Shown here piece by piece: positions 11,987 through 25,379 of a stretch of 64,000 nucleotides of DNA. Position 1 is the stretch's first letter; each line of letters opens with the position of its first letter. The translations under genes were made by a program, and so were the position numbers. The stretch spans positions 27,701,918-27,765,917 of the forward strand of contig CM119264.1 in assembly GCA_051294375.1 (NCBI GenBank), read 5' to 3'. Source of the DNA: Paraspadella gotoi (Eukaryota; Animalia; Chaetognatha). The notes under the pieces were generated by a model. The model saw only the letters and a program-made list of their open reading frames with translations, had not been told where the DNA came from and did no database searches.

Positions 11987-14405
11987 GTCCGGGGCCCGAG
12001 GCCCACAAAAAATCTGTGGGTTGATGCGCTATTTATTTAAACGCAGCTGTTCGCGAGGGCGTAGGGTTATACTTAATCTAGGTTATTATTAATGCCAGCG
12101 ACCGAAAGAGATAGGATATTGGATGCATCGGAAAATAAATTTCATTATTTTGTTACATTTCGCAATGCATTTTGTTAAACATAACTAACAAAATTACATT
12201 ATACGTATCTAGAAAAAAGTTAAAGACATTTTTTAATTGAGGAGTTTACTCGAAAACTTGCTCGATTTTTGGTAAGAAGAATCAGGATTGTTTGGTCAGG
12301 AGTTGCGTGACGACTGAAATTTCGTTGGTCAGGTGTGGCTTCCTTCCGATTTTTCGGTGAGAGTGAAGAGGCCGGGTATAGAAGTGTAGAGGAAAGTGGA
12401 AGTTGGCGTACCGGTCGAAGGTGGAGAGATGGCGGGAGAAACGAATGCGCGCTTTAGGTTGTTCCGACAATTGCGGTTGGTAGTGGTTATTTGTTTCGGT
12501 ATTGTCAAATTGAGTTAGTTATTTTTTTTAGGTTTTTTTAAATTGTGTTGGATGCCGGAGAGTAGACAGGCCGCCTCGTCTGGTTGGTTCCGATGAAAAG
12601 GTGGCAATTGTAGGCCCTGCGTAGAAAAGAGAGGGGGAAAGAGCGCACAGATTCTCAGCATAGAGCTTAGAGATCGCCGTCGTGTTCGCGGTGACCGATT
12701 GCAGAAGTGGTGTTACGGGCGATAGCAACAAATGGCGAGGAAAACATTGGTTGGTGCGAGGGCACCGGCTCTGGAAGACGCGAGAAGATACCACAGCGGC
12801 AGGGACGAAGCAGGCCAAGGTGGTCGATGCCAGGGAGGCATACCAGATTGAGAATGTTTTACCCATGTTTTGATGTATATTTTTTATTTGAAGTAAATTG
12901 AACTGTTTAAAAAAAAATGTTTCTAAGCTTTTTTTCCTAGGATAGTAGTTCCGATGTTTCGTGTTGGGATTGTTTTCTATGGTTTGATACTCGGACGTGG
13001 CGACTAAGAGGAAAGAGAAAAAGTGTGCGACTCGCTCGTCGCGAGTGGCGGGGTGCGCGATTTTATCAATGCACCTGTCAGTCGTCCCTCCGGATTGCTT
13101 TTTGTGCGTTAGAGGGAGAGAGGAGATAGAGTAGAGAGAGGAGGAGGAGAGAGAGACGAGGGAGAGAAGAGAGAGGAGAGGAGGAAGAGAGAGAGGAGAG
13201 GGAAATAGAGGGAGAGATGCCAGAAAAAAGGGAGCTCTTACTGTAAAAACGGGCGGTAAAATAAAGATGATGTGTATCGTAAATTCTTTTTTTTTAGAAA
13301 ATGGAAAAAAAAAAGATTTTAAAGTAAAATAAATCCTAAAAAAAAAGATAAAACGTAAAAAAAGTAACTAATGGCTGAATTTAATTTTTTCTTCAATTCT
13401 ATTTACTTAAACTTGTACACTTTAAAATTATCTTCCCATTTTTTTGTTTTTGTTTAAATTAAAATCCCAGTGTAAACTTTCGCGTCTCCAGAAGCGAGTA
13501 CGGGGTAATTCCCTACTAAGCTTTTGAAAGCTTAAACTTTGCAAAGTTTGTTTTGACCCAAAAGAAAAAAAAATGTTGACTTTTAAAATCGATGAGGCGC
13601 TAAACCCCAAGTCGACCCGGCAAGATGACCCCAACCTAAACAATTATTCAATAAGTTTGTTGAGTAATTTAAACACCCAGAATGCGATTTAAATTAAATG
13701 ATAACGACATGTAGATAATTTTTATTCATTTCAAATGTAACGCGTTAAAAAAACAACCTTCAGCTTTGATCGCAAAAAATCAAATTTAAGTTTCNNNNNN
13801 NNNNNNNNNNNNNNNNNNNNNNNNNNNNNNNNNNNNNNNNNNNNNNNNNNNNNNNNNNNNNNNNNNNNNNNNNNNNNNNNNNNNNNNNNNNNNNNNNNNN
13901 NNNNNNNNNNNNNNNNNNNNNNNNNNNNNNNNNNNNNNNNNNNNNNNNNNNNNNNNNNNNNNNNNNNNNNNNNNNNNNNNNNNNNNNNNNNNNNNNNNNN
14001 NNNNNNNNNNNNNNNNNNNNNNNNNNNNNNNNNNNNNNNNNNNNNNNNNNNNNNNNNNNNNNNNNNNNNNNNNNNNNNNNNNNNNNNNNNNNNNNNNNNN
14101 NNNNNNNNNNNNNNNNNNNNNNNNNNNNNNNNNNNNNNNNNNNNNNNNNNNNNNNNNNNNNNNNNNNNNNNNNNNNNNNNNNNNNNNNNNNNNNNNNNNN
14201 NNNNNNNNNNNNNNNNNNNNNNNNNNNNNNNNNNNNNNNNNNNNNNNNNNNNNNNNNNNNNNNNNNNNNNNNNNNNNNNNNNNNNNNNNNNNNNNNNNNN
14301 NNNNNNNNNNNNNNNNNNNNNNNNNNNNNNNNNNNNNNNNNNNNNNNNNNNNNNNNNNNNNNNNNNNNNNNNNNNNNNNNNNNNNNNNNNNNNNNNNNNN
14401 NNNNN

Positions 14406-15135
14406 CTTTTCCCCTTTTCCTCCTTCCTTTCCTTTATTTTCTTCTACCTCTTTTTCTTTTCCCTTTTCTTCTTTCCTTTTCTTTTATTTTCTTTTCCATC
14501 TTTTCATTTTTCCCTTTTCCTCCTTCCTTTCCTTTATTTTCTTCTACCTTTTTTCTTTTCCCTTTTCTTCTTTCCTTTCCTTTATTTTCTTCTCCATCTT
14601 TTCCTATTTCTTCCTTCCTTTTCTTTTATTTTTTTTCTCCATCTTTTCTTTTTTCCTTTTTCTTCCTTCCTTCCTTTTCTTTTATTTTATTCTCCATCTT
14701 TTCTTTCTTCCTATTTCTTCCTTCCTTTCCTTATTTTCTTCTCCATCTTTTCCTTTTTTCTTGTTCTTCCTTCCTTTTATTTGATTTTCTTCTCCTTTTT
14801 TCCCTTTTTTTCTCCTTTCTTCCCTTGTTTTCCTTTTCCTTTTTTCTTTCGTCGTTTTCCTTTTCCTTTTTTCCTCCTTTCTTTCCTCTGTTTTTCTTCT
14901 CATCCTCTCCTCCTTAACTTCCTTCTCTCACTCTTCCTTTTTTTCTCTTCCCTTTTTTCTCTTCTTTTCTTTTTTTTTTCTTTTCTTTTTAACTTAATAC
15001 CTTCACCACATTTTTTCTCTTTCCTCCTTTAACTTTTTCACTTTTAATACTATTTTTTTTCTTCACTTTCTCTCTTTCGTTCTGCTTCAACCTCTCATAT
15101 TATCTTCAGTTTCCTCCTTCCTCTTTATTTTTCTC
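14406..15135. repeat. Pyrimidine-rich degenerate tandem/low-complexity tract
   Basis: Nearly pure C/T; a ~100-bp unit is repeated at ~14407 and ~14508. Confidence 0.85.
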
Positions 15136-15242
15136 ATTTATTTCTCTGCCGCCCACCTCCTCCCTGCCCCCTCTAAGTACCACCTCCTAAGCGAGGTTCC
15201 GGCGGGAAAGAAATTTTTCTTCGTTGTCGGGGAAAAGTAAGG

Positions 15243-15333
15243 AATCAGGCGGGGACGGTCGTTCTCACACCCAAGCCTGTCTATTCGTAGCGAAATCAGG
15301 CGGGGGGACGGTCGTTCTCCACCCAAGCCTGTC
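15243..15333. repeat. Direct repeat of ~40 bp (aatcaggcgggg..acggtcgttctc..acccaagcctgtct) x2
   Basis: Copies at ~15243 and ~15294. Confidence 0.85.
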
Positions 15334-15494
15334 TCTTCGAAGCAGATATCACAATGTATCATAATATGTATATCGTTCGTATGTTTCATACTTGTGCAGT
15401 CATATGATCTTCTAAACAGCGAGAATTTGAGAAGGTCACTACGTCACAACACTGCACTTGACTGTTCTTGCTTAAGAGACACTGCCGGGTAATT

Positions 15495-15886
15495 CCTGTG
15501 CAGTTTTAATCTACTGACTACATACGCGCTCCATAAGCCCGTGGATTATGACCTGCCCACATTCTATGTCAATCTTTCTTACCTAATGGAAAATACTCAT
15601 TTGGCGAAGATGGGGGTCACTTTCATCGTGACTCCTGATTCTCTTCTTCTCACGAGGTAAGAAAGCGACGGTGAAAATTGTTTTTTATTTCCAGAGACCA
15701 TATTTTTGAGCGACAAGAAAGTTCACAAGCTTTTTTTGAGATTATGATAGACAGATCCCGGCCATTGGCTACTCTCTTTAGATAACGGGCCTTTACCCGA
15801 TTCCGGTTACGCTCGACAGATGCCGGCCCCCCCCAATACTCGACATATGCCACCGTCTCGCTCCGATTTCGCGTTCCGCTTCGCAG
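15495..15886 (+). CDS. Unidentified host gene fragment: two exons joined by a 38-nt GT-AG intron (15657-15694)
   Basis: FNLLTTYALHKPVDYDLPTFYVNLSYLMENTHLAKMGVTFIVTPDSLLLTR continues in frame as DHIFERQESSQAFFEIMIDRSRPLATL only if gtaaga...ttttttatttccag is spliced out; unspliced it hits TAA immediately. Possible next donor gcag|gtgcgt at ~15887. Confidence 0.5.
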
Positions 15887-15999
15887 GTGCGTCGTCCCTT
15901 TCCCGCCGAAAACGTGGAAAGGCCAAAGTCGATGTTAATCGTGAAAGATGAGACTCAAACGTCGTCGCAAATGAAGCGAAGAGTAAATGGAGAGGGGAG

Positions 16000-16634
16000 G
16001 GGGGGGAGAGGTGAGGTAGGTTTAGGGTAAGGTAAGGCCTGGTAAGATCCTCGAAAGTCGGCGAGAGAAAAGAAAATTAAATGGCAGAAACGACGAAGTC
16101 AGAAAATATCCGGGCGTCGATGAAGCGAAAGTGGACAAAGAAAGGTCAAGACTCATGAGATATTTTAAGTTTTAAGTACAAAACGTTTTAGGGCAAAAGT
16201 GAAGTTTATCTTTGATCGTGAATTTTAAAAAAGTGAAGAATGCTCAAAGATGTGAGTCGCTCATGTATCAGAAACATGAAGCAGTTGATGTAAATTTATA
16301 GGAGGGCACCTATGCCTGACCTAGGAGATGCGTCTTGCCTAAGCACTATAATTAACTAGAAGACTAAAATTCACTGCTGAAAAATCTAAAAACGGAACTA
16401 ATAAAAAAATCGGCAATAAAAATGAACTCAATATGTAAATGAGATTGAGACTTTCATTCTTATTTGATAATCTTTTTTTTTACAAATTTGATTCCAAGTC
16501 GATGTACCTTCAATTTTCTCCCAATAAATTTCTCTCTCATTAATCAAACGCGAATATCATTTTAAGTAAAACCGAAGGATATTGGTTAAAAACTTTCGGT
16601 TCGCCGCCTAAATGAATGATTTCGGAATTAACGG

Positions 16635-16687
<53 letters not shown>

Positions 16688-16954
16688 ACTCTCTTTCTCC
16701 ATTTATTCCAATTAAGAAGAAATCACCGGCAGTGATTTCACGCCGGTTTGGGGTCGAAGCTGTGAGATGGAGAGATGGAAAACGAGGTTTTAGGGTAAGG
16801 CTGTGGGTAAAGCTGTGGGTAAGGCTGTGGGTAAGGCTGTGGATAAGGATGTGTCTTAGCCATTAGGATATTTAGGCAGGGCGAGGAAATCTTCGCGGGT
16901 GGTCGCAGTGAGGGATCGACGTTCGGCGACTTACATATTCCCTTTGATTTAAGG

Positions 16955-16992
<38 letters not shown>
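16000..16992. other. Empty (pre-insertion) allele of the LINE locus; repeated in noisier form as the LINE flanks at ~16995-17770 and ~22888-23300
   Basis: 16000-16637 matches 16995-17735, and 16683-16960 matches 22930-23220; the intact (CT)n is at 16638-16683. Confidence 0.85.
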
Positions 16993-16993
<1 letters not shown>

Positions 16994-17848
16994 CGGGGGG
17001 AAGAGGTGAGGAGCGTTTAGGGTAAGGCAAAGGCCGGTAAGATCCTCGAAAAGTCGGCCGAGAGAAGAAGAAAATTAAATACTGGCAGGGAAACCACGAA
17101 GTCAGAAATATGGCACGTCATGTCCGGCGTACAGAATGAAGGAAAGTGGATACAAGAAAGGTCAAGACACTCATGCAGATAATTTTTAAGTTTTAGTACC
17201 CAAAACGTTTATAAGTCGGCAACAAAAGTGAAAGTTTATCTAGTGATCGTGAATTTTTAAAAAAGGAAGGGAATGCTTAAAGCACTGTGATCGCTCATTA
17301 TCAGACAACATGAGCAGTGATATAAATTTATCAGGCAGGGGCACTATGCCTTGAACTAGGGAGATGCGTCTTGTCCATGTAAGCACTATAAATTAACTAG
17401 AAGACAAAATTCACTGCTGAGAAAAATCAAAAAACGGAACTAATATGAATAAAATCCGCAATAAAAATGAACTCAATATTAAATGAGATTGAGACTTTCA
17501 TTCTTATTTTGATAATCTTTTTTTACAAATTGATTCCAAGTCGATGTACCTTTCAATTTTCTCCCACTAATTTCTCTCTCATTAATCAAACGCGGAAATA
17601 ATCTGAATCTTTAGAGTAAAACCCGAAAGAGATTATACAATGGTTAAAAACTTTCTAGATTGCGACCGCGGCCTGCTCTAATATGATAAGTAATTTTATG
17701 ATTTCCGGAATACAACGGCCCCACCCCGCGCCGCGGCTCTCTCCTCGCTCTCTCTCTCTCTCTCTCTTCCTCATTCTTATACACCAATAAATCTAACAAT
17801 GATTGATTGATTTGGTAAAATCTTTTCAAAGCCAAATCACAACCCGAT

Positions 17849-19440
17849 ATGTCAACGAAAACAAAAGAGCAACTTCTCCAGTTCTCATCAAAAACTCGCG
17901 TAACAAAAATAAAAATCAAGTTAAAGATGCTTCTGATTCATACTCAGAAAAATCAAAACTCGCAAGACTGTGAAGTTACTGAGGTTTTACTTGCCGGAGA
18001 CTCGTCCTTTTCAAGAATTAGAACGAACACTCCAAGCCTGAAAGAAACAGCAGCAAATTTGCATCGACGACTCTTGGTGAACTCGGGGCTTACAAAAATA
18101 AACCCGCAAAAATGTTGTTGATTAAAAAAAAATGCTCTGAACAAGAAATTAAAAACGATATTCATGACCTTCGAACAAACTGTCAATGTCGTCGACAACC
18201 CCGTCCCACAAGAGATCAGAAAATCTTCGTCCAGGGTAAATAGCCTGCTGTGGTAACGAAGCTTTTCCATGCTCAGCGCGAATTCGACGAAATTAAAAAA
18301 TCACTCAGCGTTGGCAGACATTAACATACTCGCCAAGACTGATAAAGATTTTAACCATGCTTAATGAAACCTGAACAATATGGCGACATAGTAAATATGA
18401 TTTAACATCCAAAGCTTAATCACAAAATCACCCTCATTATTGTTCCTTTATTAAACGGTATTGATCCGCGTACTCAGAGGATGAAATCAACCGCTATGGT
18501 TTTCAAAAGGATTATAGCCCAAGCTTCAATGAAGGAAGGCTCACAACTGGTTCGACAGGAGAACCGAGTTAGGAATTCAAGGTAACGCATCAATTCCCTA
18601 AGAAAAAGAATCAACCTGAAAAACAAAATAAACATGTTTCATTAAAGTCCATTAATGTTACAGAATAATTTTGTAAATAAAATACTTACAATGTTATAAA
18701 TTGTCAAAAATATGCGTCATGGCTCTAATTGCTTGTTCAACAACGAAGATACAAATTTGTCTTCGTTGTGCCAGCGTCATACACTTCACAACAAGAAACT
18801 GTGATAAGAAGCTTTTCAGAACACTAAATGTCTAACTTTGGTGGCCCGCCATGCAGCTAATTCGAAATCCTGCCCTATTTTACGAAGAGCGCTGCACGAT
18901 ATCCAAACCAAACCTCTTCTCTGTTGCTGCTAATCTCACTCAGACAAATCTATACTGACCACCATGCCATCCAAAATCAGCGCTCACTACTCTCTTCACT
19001 AGGACTTCATGCAGAGATTTAGGAAAACATAGTCTTTGCGTTGTCCATGTTTGCGTGAAATGGGAATAGGTACAAGAAATACAGAAAGAAAAATTATTGT
19101 CTCGTCTATCAAAGGACTGTCTGATGAAATACTAACATCACAGTAGTAAATTCAAAAACAAGAAGACAAGTCTCTCAACTTCGTCAATTACAATTCCAAA
19201 AAATATAATTCAACACAATCTCTGAAAACGTACAAGGTGAGATGGAGATCCTCCTTGTCAACCCAAGAGTCATCTCTGATTGGCAATGGATGAAGATTTT
19301 TCTCTAATCTCAAGATCAAAGTCAAGCCAAAGAAAATATGATCTCAGTTCCCAAAAGCGGTCTTTTTTGAACCCAGAAAACCAAGGAAGCACAGCTGCTT
19401 AAGAAAGGGAAAACCTGGGACGTTCCTCCTAAAAAACTGA
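17849..19440 (+). CDS. LINE ORF1 (gag-like nucleic-acid-binding protein), heavily frameshifted
   Basis: ATG at 17849 (MSTKTKEQLL..). At ~18690-18880 three knuckles read across indels: QCY.CQKY.H...C, ICLRCA..H.TRNC, KC.N.GG.HAANSKSCP. Confidence 0.75.
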
Positions 19441-19444
19441 TAAA

Positions 19445-22400
19445 ATGGCCTCAAAATCCTTGCCCTGTTGCTGTCCTTCAGCTAAACCACTAACGGTAGA
19501 CCAACAAGACTTGTTGAACTTTTAAATCTAAATAGAAAATCTAAACAAACAATATTCGTTTATTTTTGAGTGTGTTCAATGACATTATTGATGCAAGTTC
19601 AAAGGATCTATTTGTTTATGAAAATTTTAAAACATTCATTAATGAAATCAGTAACTTCGGCATGGAGTCGTAATTGATCGCTATCTTCCCAGCCATCTTC
19701 TACGCTGAGATTAAGGTTCACAATCAATCCCAAAAAGAAAGGTTATCTCTTATTGTCGAAACAGCTGTTTTTAAAAGATAATGAAAAAATTCCGTTCTTA
19801 TGCCACGACATGACAACCACCCAGAGAACACTTACAGCGATCTTTATTTCATGCTTTCAACATAATCTTATTCGAAATAAACCTAATGTAGTCTCCATGC
19901 TATCCTACAGTTGCGATTTAAACTCTCACCCCACTCGAAAGTTCTGCGGAAGAACAGACTCTCCACAAGGTGAACAACTCTTAAATTTTATATCTAAGTT
20001 TAATTTTATTACTGACTAAACAGTAATTTACCCACATTTATTAAGTAAAAATACTACTGGTCCTCACACACCTATACAATTCGCATAACAACAGTATCAA
20101 AATTCTTCTGATAAATTCTCTCATGTCGCAAGCCTAAGACGTCGCAGTGACCATCTATCCCACTACTAATAACCACAAAAACCATCAATCAGAGTAAAAA
20201 AAAGACATTTTAATAAACAAGACTAATTCGCGTCAGAAATTTCGATAATGATCTTGCTGAAACAAATAACTTACTAAATTTTCACCTACCGATCTCATCT
20301 CAAAATGATCAGCAGATCTTTGCTGTCAACCAAATTTTACTCGCAAACATTGAAAAATGCTTTACCCAAAATACCACTAGCAAAAACTCACAAATCCTAT
20401 ACTTCATTAATTCATCATCTGAATTAAAAAATCTAATAAAAAGAAAAAGAATATTCTTGCCAACGAAAAATTACAGAAAGCTAGATAAATTAAGAATTTA
20501 CAAGTAATCCAATCTTGAAAAGTCGAATTTAATTATCTATGTCGCCAAAGTACGGGACATTGAATAGAAATACCTTATGTGAGCACTAATTTTTAAACAA
20601 AAGACACAACATGCGCACTTTAAAATGAAAAAAGACCCCGCAAAGAAATGAGAAAACTCATAAATAAGATAACAATCTTAAAACCAATCATCATCACCAG
20701 CCAGATACCCTATGCTCAAAAGACCTGATGGCACTCACAGGCCGTTGAGCAACAAAGCAATCTTTCAAGAAAATACACGCAGAAACGTTAAAAAATCAAT
20801 TATGAGGAAAATCACCCAGTTCCTCGCAGGAAATGAAGATAATGGGTTAAAAGGTCGAAAAACTAACTAGACGAAATTTCACAACATTTCTAAACCTGGG
20901 CAATGGCCTCGATCACATGAAGACCGATGTTGAAATTGAGGAAATTGTCAGAGATTACATTTAGACCACTCAAAAATGATATGAAACAAATTAAAATCTC
21001 TAAAAAGAATTCTGAGACTCCAGGCAGAATAGGCAATCACTTACAGTAACATGGCTTAACAAATTGCCTCTAGCAATACAATTGACTATATTAAGCTTCC
21101 CATTTACAAATCCATGTATTATTACTCGGTTTATTTTCCAGGACAACGTGGAAAGTCGCCAACAATGGTAATCCCCAAAACAGAAAGATTCCCCACCAAT
21201 CCAACGAAACATCGCGACCCAATCACCTCCTGTTCAGTTTCTTGGGAGAAAATTAGCCTGAACGCAACATAATATAGACCCCCAGGACTACATATAGCAT
21301 GCTAGACAACGAGGAACAACGGCGCATACTTGCAGTCGGCTTCAAAAAAGGAAGGTTCTCCACCGTATAATAATTCGCCTTGTACCGAGGAATGCTACAT
21401 GCGGGTTCAAGGCGTAGAGGAGGAACTATTCTCGTGCAACTTCTTGACCTACGCTAAAGCATTTGACAAACATATGGCCTTCAAAGGTCTAAATATATAA
21501 ACTACATAAAAATTCAAGCTACCCATAGGCATGCTAAAATATATTTCTGCTCCTCTTTTGTTCAAACCGAAAAATTTATGTGTCATATCAAGAAGGTTAA
21601 GAAAGATCTGAGAAAATCACAGAATAGTACAGTTATCTAGTGCGGCTTCCCCGTCAGGGGGGCTGAATATTTAAGTCTGAGATTCTTTGCATTTTATTGA
21701 AGAAACTCCCACTTCAAAGTGATATACGATTGTGAACAACAAATATCAACCTCACACTTAGAAACAAGAAAGCTTAGAGAAACTCCTCTCAATAATTGCT
21801 GATGACTGCGTTGCCCCTTAATGGGACAGTCTCCACAAAAATTGCGACGCACGGCCTCAGTTGCCTCAGAGAAACTTCTTAACCGTTCTAGAAAAAATGC
21901 GATTTTGCATACATGGTTCTATAGGTATCTATGTCCTTGCTAAATTCGTTAATTGCCAGTTCTTATCACTAGATGTCCTTCTTTATTTTACTACGACGTA
22001 AAACTATATCTTTTTAATGCAAAGACATTCCAGTCTGTAATTCAGTCTGTTTTTCTTGGTTGTAAAATAGATCCGTAAACTAACTATGGAACAATGCATA
22101 TTAACGAACTTGTTTTCTAAAGCAAAATCAAAAATATTAGCAATTAAAACCGTCTTATCCCGTCTTTCGTTGGTGACAATTTTAATTTCTGTGACCCATC
22201 AATCTTGTTATCTTCCTAAGTAGTATTCTTTACATTTAATTGTATTCTTACCCTCCGTGTTTTACTTAATTTGCAAATGCCAACTCCGGGAAAAATTATA
22301 ATCAGTTGACAATTAACGAAGCAATCAAAATTATTTCATAAATTTACCGAGATTCATATTCGATAGCGGAAAATTGCTTTCAGAATGCAGCTAGTAGAAC

Positions 22401-22570
22401 TCACCTCACTGGAATATGTTCGTTAATTTATCATCCACAGAATTGAAATGTTAGTAACGTCACAATCCATTATTTGACGAACATTATATGATCGCATTGC
22501 TTCCAAATACCGTCTATACTAATATTTCCCCAATAGCAACTTTGTTGGCTGGGATTCGGGTTCTACTAAC
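19445..22570 (+). CDS. LINE ORF2: apurinic-like endonuclease plus reverse transcriptase, no RNase H seen; frameshifted
   Basis: APE: VLQLN..NG (~19475), CDLNSH (~19912), QGEQLLNFI, SDH (~20146). RT: GYFP..WKVA..IPK (~21130), RPIT, Q.GFKKG, LLDL.KAFDK (~21445), PQG..LS, ADD (~21798), FLG..ID.KL..W..HI (~22055). Confidence 0.88.
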
Positions 22571-23216
22571 AAAAACAAATTGTATTACACTGTAATTTTA
22601 GAAAGATCCATTGCGTCATGGTAAACTGAAAGTGTGATATAGCAGGCCTTAGACTATAACTACAGTTGAAGTAATATAGACCGTTGTAATCTTGATAGAA
22701 TAGCTGAAGTAAAAATTGAAGCTACAAAAAGCTAGTAGGAAGTATAATTACCATTGTTTAAAGTAACAGGATTCGATGCTCTAAAATATCTCTATTTTTG
22801 ATATAAAAGTAGCTTATTTGACAGGTTAGCTAGTTTTGAAACTGCCTAAAGCTTCTACTCCTATTTCAATATCAATATATATGGATATCTCCTCTCTCAC
22901 TCTCCTCTCTTCTCCTCTCTCTCTCTCTCTTTCTACTCTCTTTACTCCCATTTTCCAATTAAGAAGAAATACCGGCGTGATTTCACGCGCGGTCTTGGGG
23001 TCGAAGTGTTGAGATGAGAGAGATGAGAAAACGAGGTATTTAAGGAGTGAAGGCTGTGGGTAAAGCTGTGGGTAGCTGTGGCGGTAAGGCTGTGGATAAG
23101 GACTGTCTTAGCCATTAGGATATTGTAGGCAGGGCGAGGAAAACGTCCGCGTGGTCCGGCGCAGTGAGGGATCGACGTATCGGCGACCTACATATTCCCT
23201 TTGAAATTAAGACGCA

Positions 23217-23355
23217 TCTATTATCTATCTATCTATCTACTCTATCTATCTTATCTACTATCTATCTATCTTCTATCTATCTAATCTATCTATGCTATCT
23301 AGCTTTTCAACAGAAAACATTTAAAGTCTCTCTCTTATACTATCATCTCTCCTCT

Positions 23356-23404
<49 letters not shown>

Positions 23405-23449
23405 CTCTCTCTCTCTCTCTCCTCNNNNNNNNNNNNNNNNNNNNNNNNN

Positions 23450-23527
<78 letters not shown>

Positions 23528-23571
23528 CTGCTCTTTCCAACAAAAAAATTTAAGTCTCTCTCATCTTCTCT

Positions 23572-23646
<75 letters not shown>
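23217..23646. repeat. (CTAT)n and (CT)n microsatellites duplicated around a 25-N gap
   Basis: CTAT-spacer-CT block occurs on both sides of N 23425-23449. Confidence 0.9.
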
Positions 23647-23648
<2 letters not shown>

Positions 23649-24144
23649 ACTCATTCTCTCCGTCGCTCCTTATTTAACCTTTTGATCCTTGGCGCGATGG
23701 CAAAACACATTCAATGATGATGACAATTCGCAAAAAAAAACTTTATTCAATTCCTCAATTAGTTTTTTAACAGTCAAGCAGTAGAACAAAACAGGAAAGG
23801 TAAGTTAAAGGTAAGGGCATAATTAGTTGGATACAACTTTTCTACCTATATTATATATTATTAAGTATAATATTATTATTACTTTTTTCCTATTGCTTAG
23901 AGCGAAAATTTTGTATTTGTTTGTTTTTAAACAAAAACAATCTTTTTTTTCTCTCTAAATTTTTACACAACGAATAGAAAATCTCTATAGTCTATACACT
24001 ACCAATATTTTGAACAATTAAAACGCTTTACAATTATTTTTAAAGATTTAACAAAACTATGAATTCGCGTTTGATCTAGTCGGCGCCATATAATAAAAGA
24101 TAGAAAATAACAAATTAAACTCTAAAAGCGAGAAAATCCCAAAG

Positions 24145-24208
24145 GACCAATCAAAGAACGTCTTTTCTATTAGCGAACCCCAGACGACCAATCAAAGAAC
24201 GCCAATAG
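24145..24208 (+). promoter_or_regulatory. Cluster of three CCAAT boxes (gaccaatcaaagaacg x2, 41 bp apart); possible NF-Y promoter; copy at ~32827-32890
   Basis: CCAAT at 24147, 24188 and 24202. No transcription start evidence. Confidence 0.3.
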
Positions 24209-25379
24209 TAAACAAAGAGCAACCGCGAGAGATCGGAGACGTCGGGGAGTGACGCGAAATAGAAACTTGGCATTTAATGCTTAGGTGGAGAATGCAAGCT
24301 ATTGCAAGCCTTTGGTTACTCCTCGGTGCCAAGGAAAATTGTGTGGATAAAAACTATTTATTATAGTATTAAGAGATACTGGTCCCAGATCAAAGAAACG
24401 GATGGTCCCTTTGGTGTGCCCCTTGAAAATAACCAATAACCAATAACATAATTGTTGGCCTTACGATGTAGTTAAATCACCAGCCACTCGGCGGGACAAA
24501 TATGCATAACATAGACGCAACTAAGGGTTGCCAACTTTTGATATGAGAAAAAAGTCTCAGCCTTCAACAACAACAAAAATGGCAGAATGAAACACAAAAT
24601 TTTTAAACTTTTTTTTCGTTTTCATCTCATTTTTTTTCATCGAATGATTTAGGGTCAGAATGTTCGGGAGAGAAGAGGACATGAGTTGGAAGGCAGGGAC
24701 GAGACTGTGGCCTTGAAGGTGGGAGGATGGGGGAAAAAGGGGGAAGGGAGAGAGGAAGAACGTGATGAAAGGGACAAAGGGATCACGGAGGAGATTAGGA
24801 AAAGGACAAATGGATAAAGGGATTATGGAAAAGGAGAATGGAAAAAGAAAAAAAAAGGTAGAAATGGATTTTTGGAAAGAGTGAAAAGGGACAAAGAAAT
24901 TAAGTAGGGGAGAGAGAAAAAAAAGAGACATAACTATGCCAGGGAGCCGGGAGGCGAAAGCCCTTCTCCCAGAGACGATAAAATATATTCATACACAACA
25001 ACACTACGAGATTCGAGAGATTTGCATAAGTTTTTTGAATCCCTTCTCGTTCCTCCCTCGCTGTTTTAGGGGGGGGGGGAGGTCAGAGGGAGGGGTGGGG
25101 GGGATGAGATGGAAATAGGGGAAAAGGGATGAGGGTTGGAGAGTGAATTCAGGATGGTGAGCGGAAGGGAGGGTTTTTGATGTTCGAATGTATTAAATGG
25201 TGTTTAGTATTGGTATTTAAATAGATGATGGTTCGATCTCGTGTCGCGTTTGAAGTGAAACCAATTGAGCGTAATGGGAGCACATCTTGTCTAGGAAGAA
25301 GGGAGCGAAGTCTTTTGTATGGAGCGACATTTTTAGAGTGGAAGACAAGCGACCGTCTTTTATGGAGGGAGGCGACATT

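Larger units (their letters stand above)
17771..22887 (+). mobile_element. Non-LTR retrotransposon (LINE), Jockey/I-group-like, apparently full length (~5.1 kb), inserted in (CT)n
   Basis: Starts with Inr-like tcattc; ORF1 has three CCHC knuckles; ORF2 has APE and RT motifs; absent from the adjacent empty allele; flanked by (CT)n on both sides. Confidence 0.92.

Noticed and set aside
12282-12873. GC-richer island with ORFs on both strands
   Set aside because: No recognisable motif or consistent frame; may be a frameshifted exon or TE remnant but cannot be called.
17849-22570. Calling the LINE (and the LTR element) old degraded pseudogenes
   Set aside because: Flanking host DNA in the same segment shows the same dense indel noise relative to the clean empty allele, so the frameshifts are better explained as raw-read error.
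24522-24535. AGGGTTGCCA, similar to some hAT-type terminal inverted repeats
   Set aside because: No matching opposite terminus or TSD was found.
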